A DNA stretch of 64,000 bases. It comes from an uncultured delta proteobacterium (GTDB taxonomy: Bacteria > Desulfobacterota > Binatia > Bin18). Positions 1 through 12,030 of the stretch are shown in pieces. The stretch lies in assembly GCA_963733195.1 (NCBI GenBank), contig CAVTCR010000062.1:378266-442265 (forward strand). The letters are read 5' to 3'. Position numbers and translations under genes: made by a program. The number at the start of each line of letters is the position of its first letter. Positions within the stretch are counted from its first letter, which is position 1. The notes beneath the pieces are model-generated. The model saw only the letters and a list, made by a program, of their open reading frames with translations, did not search any database and was not told the DNA's origin.

Positions 1-42
1 AAGAGAGAAGAAAGGATAAGGGATAAAAGGAGAAAGGCGATT

Positions 43-1498
43 ATGAAATGAAGCGTCATCATCGCTGCTGTCTTTCTCTGTACTGGGAGTTTTTATGGCC
101 AATGCACAGGACAAACCCACTCCACCGAGTGCGACACCCGCACCACGCAAAAGCACGCTCGCGGAACAATCACAAGTTGCGCTGACGGTGTACAACTCTA
201 ACATTGCGTTAGTGAAAGAACAGCGGGACATCGATCTTGCCTCAGGAGAGAATACCTTACAGTTTAGTCGATGTAGCCGCTCAGATCATTCCGACCACTG
301 TACACATCAAATCCTTAAGTGATGCCCAGGCGTTACAGGTCCTGGAACAGAATTACGAATACGACTTGTTGAATCCAGAGAAATTGCTAGAGAAGTATGT
401 TGGCAAGGAAGTAAAAATTTTCGATAAAAACTATTATACCGGCAAAGATGAAATTGCGGTCGCCACCCTGCTCTCAACCAACAATGGCTTTGTCTATCAG
501 ATCAATAACGAGATTCACATTAATCCCCCGGGGCGCGTCATTCTTCCTCAGGTGCCAGAGAACTTGATAGCCAAGCCAACACTCGTGTGGTTCCTACGCG
601 CGAGCCGCGCAGGAAAACAAAAAATCGAAGCCTCTTATCTGACTAATCAGATCACCTGGCAGGCAGACTATGTCACCGTGCTCAACCTCGATGACACAAA
701 AGCCGATCTGACTGGGTGGGTCACGATCGACAACAAATCAGGCAGCCACCTATCAAAATGCCACGTTGAAACTCGTTGCTGGCGATGTTCATCGCCTCAC
801 GCCCCCACAAATGTATGGCAAAACCATGGCGATGGAAGCCCGCGTCCAGGCCGCACCTCCCCAGTTCAAAGAAGAAGCCTTCTTTGAATATCATTTGTAT
901 ACGTTAGATCGTCCGGCAACCGTAAAAGATAATCAAACTAAACAAATGACATTGCTGTCTGCTCTGGAAATTCCTATCACCAAGCGCCTACTATTCAGAG
1001 GACAGCAAATGTATTTTTACGATGCGTATGGCGAAGAAACATTTCAAAAACAGAAAGTGAGTGTCGTGCTCGAAATCGAAAATATCGCAGACGAATAATC
1101 TCGGCATACCACTGCCGAAAGGCACAGTCCGTGTCTACAAAGCCGACAAAGATGGCGGCATCAATTTATCGGTGAAGATGCGATTGATCACACACCCAAA
1201 GACGAGAAGTTCACTATTAAGATGGGGGAAGCGTTCGATGTCATTGGGAATCGTAAGCAGACCGATTTCAAGCGGATCTCACAAACAGTAACTCGAGAAT
1301 GACATGGGAGATTGCCTCCGCAACCACAAAACCGAAGCAGTTACTGTCCGTGTCGAGGAGCCTGTCCCCGGCGATTGGGATGTACTCTCCAATTCACACA
1401 AGTACACCAAAGTCGACGCTCACACCTTGCAGTTTGATGTGCCTGTACCACAGAACGGCGAGGTCAAGGTGACGTATCGAGTGCGGGTGAAGATGTAA
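43..1498 (+). CDS. DUF4139 domain-containing secreted protein (frameshifted across ORFs 95-322, 237-887, 766-1098, 1061-1291, 1304-1498)
   Basis: Motifs [63 protein letters not shown]; consecutive fragments in different frames. Confidence 0.8.
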
Positions 1499-1590
1499 CG
1501 CAAGGCCATAGACTATAGGCCGCAGTCTATAGGGAAAAACCTTATCGAAACACAGAATACTCGTAGACTTTATGCTACGGTCCCTCGGGT

Positions 1591-1685
1591 GTGTCATTCT
1601 GAGCCCTTCGCTTCCGCTCATCCTGAGCGTAGACGCGCAGCGTCGAAGTCGAAGGACGCTCAGAATAAACTCCGCGAAGAATCTC
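1591..1685. repeat. REP-like palindromic element (TGTCATTCTGAGC...GAAGAATCTC / CCTGAGCGTAG..GTCGAAGG family)
   Basis: Related copies at ~14876, ~22770 and ~51205-51337; lies between convergent genes. Confidence 0.7.
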
Positions 1686-1753
1686 TCGGAAAACCCTTCT
1701 ACGATTATAGGTTATCTCAATGGTGTTGTTCCCGTATCAGTGTAACTACATCT

Positions 1754-1948
1754 TCACTCGACAATCTCTTGTACCCTGCCAATCGCGCCGGTCTCAAGGC
1801 GCACTTTAATCCCATGCGGATGATGAGGTGAGCTCGTCAGAATATCTTTGACGACGCCGCGAGTTCTCCTCCCGCTGCGTTGATCCTGTTTCATGACGAT
1901 ATCGACCTGCAGGCCAGGTCTAATATCCTTCCGGTTTTGCCCGTTCAT
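1754..1948 (-). CDS. YwbE family protein (DUF2196)
   Basis: MNGQNRKDIRPGLQVDIVMKQDQRSG...VKDILTSSPHHPHGIKVRLETG.IGRVQEI is the family signature. Confidence 0.9.
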   Translation of the reverse strand: MNGQNRKDIRPGLQVDIVMKQDQRSGRRTRGVVKDILTSSPHHPHGIKVRLETGAIGRVQEIVE

Positions 1949-2298
1949 GGTTTCAATTCTCCCTCGATAGGGAAACAAAGCATGCATAATACGTCCAGTC
2001 ACCGTTTGCTGCCTGATCTGAGACCTCTCGGATTTCTTCTGACACTAAAATAGCACTACCCAGAGTGCAAGTAAGGAACGACCTACCACTGCCGGTCACG
2101 TGCATGGTGCTGACAAGTAGTAAGCCGTTCGGTTGACGTGAGGCTTTCTTCATTATCGCCAGAGTCTCTTTGATGATTTTGTCATTTCGTTTTTGACTTT
2201 GCTTCCTTGATTGTGATTTCCTGATAGCTGCTCGCGTGTTCTGCAAACGACCTCAGCAGCCTGCGAAGGTCATGGATATCTGCGAAGGGGGGAAACAG

Positions 2299-2726
2299 AT
2301 GTCCCGCAACGATCAGGTCACTCGCCAATGGTTATTGCTGAAAAACTGGAGCGTTCACACGGCGCAACGCTCCAAGAACTCGCAGATACCCTCCCCGAAG
2401 ATTATTCCCGCCACCCAGAACGATTCGACGCGACCTAGAAGCGCTCGAACCCGTTTTCCGTCTGGTGACTGAACAGTGTGAATAGACAGACGCGCTGGCG
2501 GCTGATGGACGGGTATCGGCAAGTGCCACCGCTTGCACTTTCGCCAACAGAACTCATGGCGCTAGTGTTTAGTCGGAACTTACTCAAACCGCTTGACGGG
2601 ACCGAGATCAAAACTCCCTTGATTCCGCATTAAATAAAGCCGCCGCGCTACTGCCGCCGAAGGTGCGGCTTACGTGCAGCAGATGCAGGGGTATTTTGCT
2701 GTTGGCCTTGGACCACACAAGACCTA
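2299..2726 (+). pseudogene. N-terminal part (winged HTH) of a WYL-domain transcriptional regulator, interrupted by an IS
   Basis: MSRNDQVTRQWLLLK..., later RTIRRDLEALE HTH motif; reading frame rejoins at ~4037 across the IS (HKT|YRQHQRTIDQL). Confidence 0.8.
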
Positions 2727-2727
2727 A

Positions 2728-4036
2728 GGAGCTGTCCATAAACAAGTGTAACAACTTCAGGCGAGCGCCACGGAAGGGCGGATCGCGTAGTTCCAGTCCC
2801 CATGAAAATCAGCCGGAAACAAATTGACCGCGGCGAATTGCTTTTGCGTAATGCGGATGCCGGTTGGGATAGCACCCCGTGTCGAGTTCAGCCTGAACGC
2901 GCAACCCGGTGGTCGTGGTCGTGTGGGCAATCAATTCGATAATGACAGCGTGACTCGTCAAGGGCTGCCCCCGCCAGTTGGTCGAGATCTGGCTAAACAA
3001 GCGATGTTCGATCTTGTTCCATTTGCTAGTCCCTGGAGGGAAGTGGCAAACCTGGATCCTCACTCCCAGTTCGTCGGCCAACGCTTGCAGCGAGACTTTC
3101 CACAGGCGGCTGCGACTGCCGTTGCTGCCTCCGCCATCGGCCGTAATCAACAGTTCCCGTGCGTGCGGATACAAAGGCTGCCCGAGGTTTTGCCACCACC
3201 GCCGAATCGTGGCCACCGCAAAGGCGGCCGTATCATGGTCAATGCCCACACTGACCCAGCCCAGGTTCGCCGTGAGGTCATAAATGCCGTAAGGAATTGC
3301 CTTGCCCAGTTTGGGTCGGCAAAGTCGTGGACGCGCACGCGGGTGGGCTGGCCCCGTCGACACCATTCGCGGCCCGGGTTTTTGAACTCGCCGACCAACT
3401 CTTTCTTCTTGGTATCGACCGAAATGACCGGCAGGCCCGCGCCTGAAAAGCCGCGACGGCGGCCGCGATATACTCGAACTGCGCATTGCGATCGGGATGC
3501 TGACTGCCCTCGCGGGTTTTCCGATTGGCCTGCAAGCTGTACCCCAGCTCGTGCAGCAAGTCCGCCACTTTCTGCCGTTCGATGTGAAACCCCTGTTCCT
3601 GCAGTTCGGTCGCCAGCCGCCGCACGCCCTTACAGGTCCACCGCAACGACGACTCCGGATCTCCACGGGCCGTGGGCTCGACCAGCGCCTCCAGCGCATC
3701 GGGCAACTCCGGCTGTGTCACCACCAGTGGTTTCCGTCCACCCCCAGTACTTCTGATCCGCTGGGGACGCCACGAGGACTGGAGGCTGCTCAGCTCCTTC
3801 AGCCCCGCGTGAATCGCGCGCCGCGAGATCCCCGTGACCCGTGCCACTGCCGAAATTCCCCCATAGCCCAGCGATTTCGCTTCCACTGCTGCCCACACAC
3901 CGCCGTTCCCGTTCATTGAGCAGCGCACCCAGATCAGCAAATCGCTGGCGAATAGCCGCGTCTATGCTCGCTCGTTGCATAGACACGCTTTACGTGATCC
4001 ATCACCAAGTTGTTACGGTTATTTATGGACAATTCC
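2728..4036 (-). mobile_element. ISAzo13-family insertion sequence (~1.3 kb)
   Basis: Imperfect ~29-bp terminal inverted repeats (AGGAGCTGTCCATAAACAAGTGTAACAAC vs reverse complement AGGAATTGTCCATAAATAACCGTAACAAC); (C)TA at both junctions; higher GC than flanks. Confidence 0.9.
2757..3986 (-). CDS. ISAzo13 family transposase (frameshifted)
   Basis: GYSLQANRKTREGSQHPDRNAQF, KAIPYGIYD, LLITADGGGSNGSR, HFPPGTSKWNKIEHRLFS, HGDWNY. Confidence 0.92.
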
Positions 4037-4589
4037 TACCGCCAGCATCAACGGACAATTGATCAACTCACCCGTGCCATCGCCCAATCACGTACCATAC
4101 AGATGCGCTATTACTCAGCCTCACGAGACGTGACTAACCGCCGCGAAGCAGACCCATACCGATTGTGGTACACGGACGGAGCACTCTATCTTATTGCTCA
4201 CTGTCATCGACATGGCGAACCTCGCATGTTCGCGGTCGATCGCATTCGTTCGCTAACGATTACCAATCAGCCGTGCCAACTCCCGCTGGGCTTTGATCTT
4301 GATGCCTACGTACGAGACGCACTCGTAGTGATGCGAGGAAAGCCGATCGAGGTGGAACAGTTATTCGATCGGTCGAACTGCAGCGTGGGCAAAGGATCGC
4401 CAGTGGCATCAGAGTCAACAGAGTACCGTGCACAAGGATGGACAGGTAACCATGCGGTTGCAAGTCGCCGACACCCGCGAGTTAGTGGGGTGGATTTTAC
4501 ATTTTGGCAGTGGCGTGCGGGTTATCGAGCCGCAATCGCTACGAGAAAAGGTGCAGGAAGAGGCACGAAAAATATTTTCGCACGTGTGA
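4037..4589 (+). pseudogene. C-terminal part (WYL + WCX) of the interrupted WYL regulator
   Basis: RREADPYRLWYTDGALYLIAHCHRHGEPRMFAVDRIRSL; then ELVGWILHFGSGVRVIEPQSLREKV in a shifted frame. Confidence 0.88.
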
Positions 4590-4618
4590 CCCCGGATGTC
4601 ACGCTCGTCTGGTAAGCA
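4586..4618 (+). promoter_or_regulatory. Putative WYL operator/promoter for the cas operon: GTGAC-N7-GTCAC palindrome followed by N10-TAAGCA
   Basis: gtgaccccggatgtcac gctcgtctgg taagca; palindrome ends 25 bp before the cas3 ATG; geometry resembles DriD and PafBC sites. Confidence 0.5.
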
Positions 4619-4627
4619 ACGACAATT

Positions 4628-7339
4628 ATGCACACACCATCTCTTCTTTGGGCAAAGAAACATGGACCAAAGGATAACGAAGTTTGGCACCCTCTCCTGT
4701 ATCACATGATCGATGTCGGTGTGGTAGCCGCAGAACTTTGGCACCATGCGTTGCATCGTTCACTCCGGCGGTTCTTTGTAGTTGAGTTTGGTCTTTCTGA
4801 ACAAGAGACAGTTGCATGGATTTGTTTTCTGGCAGCGTTACACGATACCGGCAAAGCCTCTCCTGCCTTTCAGAAACAAAGTACCCAAAGCAGTACAACT
4901 CCGGTCACAGGGAAAAGGATTCAAATTTGCGCCCCATGCACTTCGTTGTCCGCATGGCATCATCACTGCGGATGTTCTGGCTGATCTCTCTGCAATCCTT
5001 CTGTATGCCCGCTGATTTTCCCCGCGAGTTAAGGAAAAGCAGTTGCCTTAACTGTTGGTGGTCATCACGGCGTCTTCGACAAGGACAAATCAAGACCGAA
5101 TCAACGGGGAAACGAGTCACGGTGGCGTGAAAGGTCCGGCAAGATATTATCGCTGCGCTTGCAGAGCTTTTCGCTGTCCCTCGTTCGGTAATCCCACGCT
5201 CCAGCGCAAATCCAGCCCTGTACATCTTGCTTGCGGGATTGACCTGCGCAGCCGACTGGATTGGTTCTGATGAACGATACTTTCCCTATTCTCCCGATGA
5301 GGCCAGATCCGGCACGCTACCTTGCCAGCGCACGGCAGCGAGCTGCCCACGCTGTTCAGTCTTTGGGCTGGTCTGGTTGGCATCCTCCCACCTCGTCGGC
5401 AGCGTTCAATGATTTGTTTCCCTTTATTGTCGATCCGCGCCCTTTACAGATCGAAGCTATTGCTCTCTGCCCCGCGCTCTCAACGGCTCAGCCTCTTTGA
5501 TTATTATCGAGGCACCGATGGGAGAAGGAAAAACCGAAGCGGCCATGTTTCTGGCTGACTACTGGGCAGCAACCCAGCAACAGCAAGGCTGCTATTTCGC
5601 TTTACCGACGCAAGCCACCAGCAATCAGATGTTTGGACGCGTCAAAAAAATTCCTGAAAGCACGTTATTCTAACTTCCGGGTAAATACTCAACTCGTTCA
5701 TGGGGCAACGTTACTGTCACAAGAATTCACTGAACTGCGATTAGCAACATACCCAGAGGACGGAGAAGGCAACACCAATGAATGCAGCGGAGTCGTCGCC
5801 GAAAGCTGGTTTCTGCCAAAGAAACGTTCTTTGCTTGCACCATTTGGAGTGGGAACCATCGATCAAGCACTTCTGGCTGTCCTCCAAACTAAGCATTTCT
5901 TTGTTCGCCTGTTCGGCTTAGCTCACAAAACCATCATCATCGATGAGGTCCATGCTTACGACACATACATGTCAACGCTGCTCGAACGGCTGCTCGAATG
6001 GCTCCACGCACTTGGTTGTTCGGTTGTTCTTCTGTCTGCAACCTTGCCAGCGCAGAAGCGGCTGGCGCTACTCAAAGCCTTCGGTAGCAACGAGCCGCAA
6101 CAGGAAGTGGTGTACCCGCGACTCACCTGGATTTCAGGCAACGAGAATGGTGCAGTCAACTTTCCAGCCGCACAGCCAAAACAAATCACGGTCCGTCACA
6201 TCAGCAACGATGTCACTGAACTTGTGCAAGCTCTGCGCGCAGCAATCGCACAAGGCGGCTGTGTAGCGGTTGTGTGTAACACCGTTGGCCAAGCGCAGGA
6301 AATTTATCAGACCCTGAGACAAGAACAGCTTGTGTCAACCGAATGCCTCCAACTTTTACATAGTCGTTTTCCTTTCGAGGAGCGCGAGAAAAGAGAACGC
6401 CGCACGCGCTTGAGTTTTGGAAAAGAGGAGCAAGGTAAGAGACCGCTCGTTGCCGTTCTAGTTGCCACCCAAATCATCGAGCAAAGTCTCGATCTCGACT
6501 TTGACCTCATGGTGACAGACCTCGCACCAGCAGACCTGGTGCTCCAGCGTGCAGGGCGTCTACACCGACACGACAATCAACGTCCTACGCCTTTGGCCTC
6601 ACCGACGCTGTGGTTACGAATGCCGCCCGTAGACGATCACCAGATTCCTGAATTCGGTCCCTCAGCAAAAATCTACGATCACTACACACTCCTTCGTTCC
6701 TACCTCGCGCTTAAAGACAGACAGTTCATTCAACTCCCAGAGGACTTAGAAACGATCGTAGAAGCAGTGTACGGCGACCAAGTCTCTTGGCCGTCGGCAG
6801 CATGGCAGGAAGCCGCAGCGACAACGAAAGAGGAGTTCGAGCAAGAAATTGCAAAGGACGAATATAAGGCACGCAGCAACCTCATTGCTTCTCCAAAGAC
6901 CTCGGAAACACCAGGTGAGTTCTTGGCGCGATTCTCGCAGCAACTAGAAGAGGATAACCCTGAGGCGCATCAGGCACTTCAAGCGTTAACGCGGTTAGCT
7001 GAACCGTCAGTCCAAGTGGTTTGCTTACTACAGACTCCGGAGGGTTGCGTTATCAGCCAGACGGAGAAGTTATCGCTCTCAAGGGCAAACCGACTGCTGA
7101 AATCAGCCACACTCTTCTTCGTCGCTCTCTAACCATTTCAGATAAACGCGTGGTTTTCACTCTTGCTTAAAGAGGAACAATTCAAACCACGTGCCTGGAA
7201 AGAAAATGCCGCGCTTCGGCATCACCGTTTGCTAGTTTTTGAGAACAGTGAGGCAACGATCGGACGGTATACACTCCGGCTTAATCCCGACTTAGGCTTG
7301 GTCATAACTACGCCCGACACAGGAGGAAATGCCGAGTGA
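4628..7339 (+). CDS. cas3: CRISPR-associated helicase/nuclease Cas3 (HD + SF2 helicase), frameshifted
   Basis: LWAK..WHPLLYHMIDV, AALHDTGKASPAFQ, ADWIGS, IIEAPMGEGKTEA, IIDEVHAYD, LLSATLP, VATQIIEQSLDLDFD, LQRAGRLHRH. Confidence 0.95.
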
Positions 7340-8913
7340 AGTACAGTTTCAACCTTATTGATGAACCATGGATACCGTGTGTGCTTCCCAACGGAGACGC
7401 GCTAAGAACTGAGCCTGCGTGACACGTTACTCCACGCCCATGAACTTCCGCGCCATCTTCGACCAGTCTCCTTTGGCAACGGCAGCGCTTGCATCGCTTC
7501 CTGTTAGCGATTCTCCATCGGAATTTTGGCCCGGCGTCACGCACGGAATGGAAGCAGCTTGTGGCAAGCGAAGCGATTTGATGAAGGCTCGCTCAACACA
7601 TACTTCTCCCAGTGGAAGCATCGTTTTGATCTGTTCGATGAGAACGTACCTTCCTTTTATCAAGTGGCGCAGTTCAAAACGAAGCAGAAGGAGGTCGAAA
7701 TTAACGACATCCTTCCCGAACTGTCCAGGGGGAATAATCCGACCTCTGTTCGACCACACCACGGATAAAACCTGCCTCCCTCTCAGCCCGGCAGAAGCGG
7801 CAAAAGCACTGCTCACGCTTCAAGCCTATAAACTTGGCGGTCTCAGTGGATTGGAAGCGAACTACCGTGACGCACCGAGTAGCCAGAGTCAGTCTACTTG
7901 CTTGTCCTTGGGCGGTACGCTCTTTGAAACCTTGCTCCTCAACTTTGTTTCTTACTTTGGTGATAATCCGATGCCGAAAGATAGGAAACGACGCATCCTA
8001 TATGGGAGCGAGAGGAAGCGTTGTCAACTGCCTCGCATCCGGAAGGATACCTCGACTACCTGACATGGCCGACGCTTTCCTTAGCTTTTGTTACCCGCAT
8101 CCACTTCACACGGCGGAACTGAAGTCGCCAAGACAAAGATTGCTCTTGGGCGGAATTTTCAACGTAGCCGCATCCTTGACCCAGGCTGTGCCTATTACAA
8201 AAACGCCAAAGCAAAAGCAAAAGAAGACCCCTGGCTCTTCCTTCGCTTTTGGGAACACAAGATGCTTTGGCGAGATAGCACGACTCTTCTCCGCCTTGCT
8301 GGCCAGGAAACGCGTCCGCCTCTTGCTCTGACGCAGGTGGCGCGACTTGTAAGCGATGGAATTCTTGACGCAGGCGCGCAGTATCGCTTGGCCGCCTTTG
8401 GCATTTGTCCTGACCAAGCAAGCATCATGTTCTGGCGTCAAGAACAACTTCCCCTTACCTGTTCGTTATCTTGCCGACGAAAGCTTGGTCAGAACACGTT
8501 AAGCATTGGCTCTCAGTCGTGCGGAAACGCTACAGGTAGTACGTTGCAAAGAACGATGAATCTCTTATCCAAACGTCTGCTCTATCCCAACAAGCAAGAG
8601 ACAAACCTTACAAAAGCTCAATCGGACGAAGCCGGACGCGTGGCACTGCACTTGGCCGCAAGAGAACGCTACTGGGTCTCTCTGGAAATTCCTTTTTCCA
8701 ATCTTGGCGCGAACCTTACCTGACAACTCAGACGTGGCGCTCACGGAATGGATGGAAGTACATCCGCTTAGCAGCATTGAATGCCTTCGATGAAACAACA
8801 AGCTCACTGGATCAATCAGCACGCGTGCTACGAGCAGTAGTCACGAGCCGTAGAGATACTGACCAGCAGACTGCGTTACATCCTGGAGTCTGAACAGTAG
8901 GAAAGAGAGGTGA
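7336..8913 (+). CDS. casA: Type I-E Cascade large subunit Cas8e/Cse1 (heavily frameshifted)
   Basis: FNLIDEPWIP start, RFDLFD...FYQ, LFDH, TLFETLLLN, LWRD; position after cas3. Confidence 0.85.
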
Positions 8914-8916
8914 GAG

Positions 8917-9447
8917 ATGGCAACACAAGATTGGTAGGGATGGATTTATCAAACATCTCGAAAAACTGCGCGACCAAGAGGACCGCAGAGCGCTAGCTCT
9001 TCTACGTCGGGGGCTTGGCCGTGAGCCAGGCACAGTGCCGGAGATGTACTCTCTCGTAGTCCCATGGGTTCCGGAAAATCGATATGCGGAAGATTGCCGC
9101 GTTCCTTGTTGCCGCCCTCTTTGCGTTACATCCACAATCTGGCGGGCAAAGAACGTTAGGAACCTGCGTTCGCTAACCTTCTGACGCAAGTGAAAGCATC
9201 GAGCAGACGCTTCGAACCGCGTTACTGAATTGTCATCACGGATGACCTTACTGACGTCATCTCCGTCAATCCGATAAGCCTGTTACGAAGTAAGGAAATC
9301 CCTGTCAATTGGCGACAACTGTTGCAGGACGTTCTTGGGTGGGACCATGAAAGCCGTTTCGTTCAACCGCGCCTGGGCGCGGGAATTTTGGCGTACTGTC
9401 GAGCAACCCACGAGATACGGATGAGACTAAGCGAAGAGGCCGCGTGA
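8917..9447 (+). CDS. casB: Type I-E Cascade small subunit Cse2/Cas11 (frameshifted; end approximate)
   Basis: ALALLRRGLG, AALFALHP, IPVNWRQLLQDVLGW, WAREFW. Confidence 0.8.
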
Positions 9448-9507
9448 AGAATAAATCTCGGCAATAACTGCTCAACTCTAGCTCTCAACGAAAGAAAGGA
9501 CTCTCGT

Positions 9508-10690
9508 ATGAAGATTGAACTACACCTCTTGCAAAACGTAGCCCCGGCCTGCCTCAATCGCGACGATACGAACACGCCCAAAGATTGTGAGTTTGGGGGA
9601 GTACGTCGAGCGCGGATTTCCTCGCAGTGCTTGAAGCGCTCCATCCGTACCGAGCCAATGTTCGCCAATATCCTCTATAGTGAATTAGGGCATGCGGACC
9701 AAAGGCATTGTCAGCCGCCTTGCCACACGTTTAAGCGAAACAGGCAAAGCGTACGAAGAGGCCGAAGGTGTTGCTGGTGGTTTCGTGGCTGCCGCCCTCA
9801 GCGCCCTAGATGAGAAGACCTCGAAATCGAAAGTTTTGCTCTATCTGGGAGAAGACGAAGTGCAACGTATGGCCAAAATTCTTCTTGCTCAGTATGACGT
9901 CCTGCTCGCGGCGAGTAACGAGCGGCAAAAGCAACCCCAGCAAGTGGAAAGAAGAGCAAAAGCGATCCGTTTAAGGATGCTTGTGCACAAGTGGCGAAAG
10001 GCTTTAAGAGTGGGACGAAAGCGGTCAATATCGCCCTGTTCGGTCGAATGATGGCTGAACATCCAGAAACCAATGTCGATGCCGCTTGCCAGGTCGCCCA
10101 CGCCATTTCTACCAACAAAGTCTCCATGGAAATGGATTTCTACACGGCAGTCGATGATCTCCAAAGACGATGCGGAAACCGGGGCAGGCATGATGGGGTT
10201 TACCGGCTTCAACTCCTCCTGCTTTTACCGTTATGCAGTCATCGACCTTGCCCAACTCGTCAAAAATCTCAACAACGACCTCGAACTAGCACATAATGCC
10301 GTTGAGGCATTTCTCCGCTGCATCTGTCACCGCTTCCCTGCCGCCAAGCAAAACTCGATGGCTGCGCATAATCCACCCGATGCGATCTTCGCTGTAGTTC
10401 GGGAGAATGGTGCTCCGGTATCTCTCGCTAATGCTTTTGCAAAACCGGTACGTCCCAGCCACGACAGTGACTTGATGGAAGAGTCGATTGCGCAGGCTGG
10501 ACTGACGTATTGGGGAAAATTGAGCAACCGTGTATGGTAAACATGGGGTTACAGCCAAAGCCATTTGTGTTGTTCCAGAGGTGGAACTGAAAAATCTAAA
10601 AGATGACATAAAAAGGCATCCTCTGCAGAAACGTCAGTGAAAGTCGTCAAAGATGCACTGCAAAAGATCACAAGTGGAGACCAGTCATGA
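9508..10690 (+). CDS. cas7e: Type I-E Cas7/Cse4 backbone subunit (frameshifted)
   Basis: [43 protein letters not shown]; IALFGRM; [12 protein letters not shown]; DFYTAVDD; [15 protein letters not shown]. Confidence 0.93.
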
Positions 10691-11420
10691 GATGTTATGC
10701 TACTCTGCATCTGGTTGGCCCAATGCAGTCATGGGGAACTCAAAGCCGCTTTTCAATCCGTGACACCGGGCTGGAGCCATCCAAAGAGCGGCGTCGTGCG
10801 GCTTGCTTTGCGCTGCTCTTGGGCCGCCCACGTGCCACGCCAGTAGATGACCTTGCCGCCTTACGCATGGGAGTCCGGGTAGACCGCGAGGGGCGCATGG
10901 AAAAAGATTATCACACCACCGATGGACAACGTGAGGGCACCCCCGGCCCGCGCGGAGTTCTGAAAGCCGGCGGTGGTCTTTCCTACAACGCGGTGTTGTC
11001 GACTCGCTTCTACCTCGCTGATGCCGCGTTTCTTGTTGGTCTGGAAAGCGATGACCTGAATCTTTTGCGCAAACTGGACCGCGCCCTTGCCGATCCAGTC
11101 TGGCCGCTTTTTCTCGGACGCAAGGCGTTTCCCCCAAGTTCACCTGTTCGTCTAGACTGATGGCCTACGCGAAGGAGAAAGCCTGGAAAAAGCGCTGCAT
11201 GGGTATCAACGCATTGCTACGGCGAGGCGAGGAAAATGAGAATACGCTGCTTCGCCTCGTAATGGAAACCTCCACGGGTGAGATGGTGCGTGTTGACCAA
11301 CCGCTCTCGTTTGCGACCCGTCGCTTCACCCAGCGACGAGTAACAACGGCTTGGGTTGCGGCCAACACGCTCTCCTGCAGGAAAGGAGGATCTAATGTTT
11401 CTCTCTCAGCTTACCCTTAA
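10687..11420 (+). CDS. cas5e: Type I-E Cas5 (frameshifted)
   Basis: LVGPMQSWG..SRFSIRDTGLEPSK; GVRVDREG; RFYLADAAFLVGL; P.WPLFLGRKAFPPS. Confidence 0.92.
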
Positions 11421-12030
11421 CCCTGTCATCGCGCCGTGTGCAGGACAGAAATCGGGCGTCCCTACGAGTTACATCGAACTTTGATGCGAGCGTTTCCGTC
11501 TGCTCAAGACGAAGGAAGCGACCGTGTTCTCTTTCGAGTCGAGACGAATCGCGAGACCGGAGCAATCATACTACTCGTGCAGTCAGTCCAGGAACCGAAT
11601 TGGCAACAGCCCCAGAAACCAGCACCGACTTTTCACAGGAACCGCCGAAGTGTAAGCAATTCACTCCAGTCCTTCAGAACCGGTCAACAGCTTAAATTTT
11701 CGCCTGCGTGCGAATCCAACCGTCAAACGTCAAGGCAAGCGTTTCGGGTTGATGAAAGAAGACGAACAATATGTGTGGTTACGACGAAAGGGCGAAACAG
11801 GTGGGTTCGCGCCCCTTTCAATTGTTGTCATTCCAGAGAGACAAATGGAGGACAAAAAAACAGACGATACCGGACATACTCACGATTTGACTCTGATCGC
11901 CGTTCGCTTTGATGGCGTCTTGCAGATAACCGACCTGACAACATTTAACCGGACCTTGGAGCAAGGCGTTGGGAGTGGGAAAGGATTTGGGTTTGGACTG
12001 CTCTCGGTTGCACCTAGTGAGGTGAGAGCA
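11395..12030 (+). CDS. cas6e: Type I-E Cas6 crRNA endoribonuclease (frameshifted)
   Basis: MFLSQL, PYELHRTLMRAF, RVLFRVE, LLVQS..PNW, VRFDGVLQITD, GVGSGKGFGFGLLSVA G-rich loop. Confidence 0.92.

Noticed and set aside
677-686. GTGCTCAAC resembling the reverse complement of the I-B-like repeat end
   Set aside because: Only 9 nt, inside coding sequence, with no hairpin portion.
2824-3756. 310-aa plus-strand ORF, and similar long antisense ORFs over IS5, ftsZ, ftsA and murD
   Set aside because: Shadow ORFs antisense to well-supported genes.
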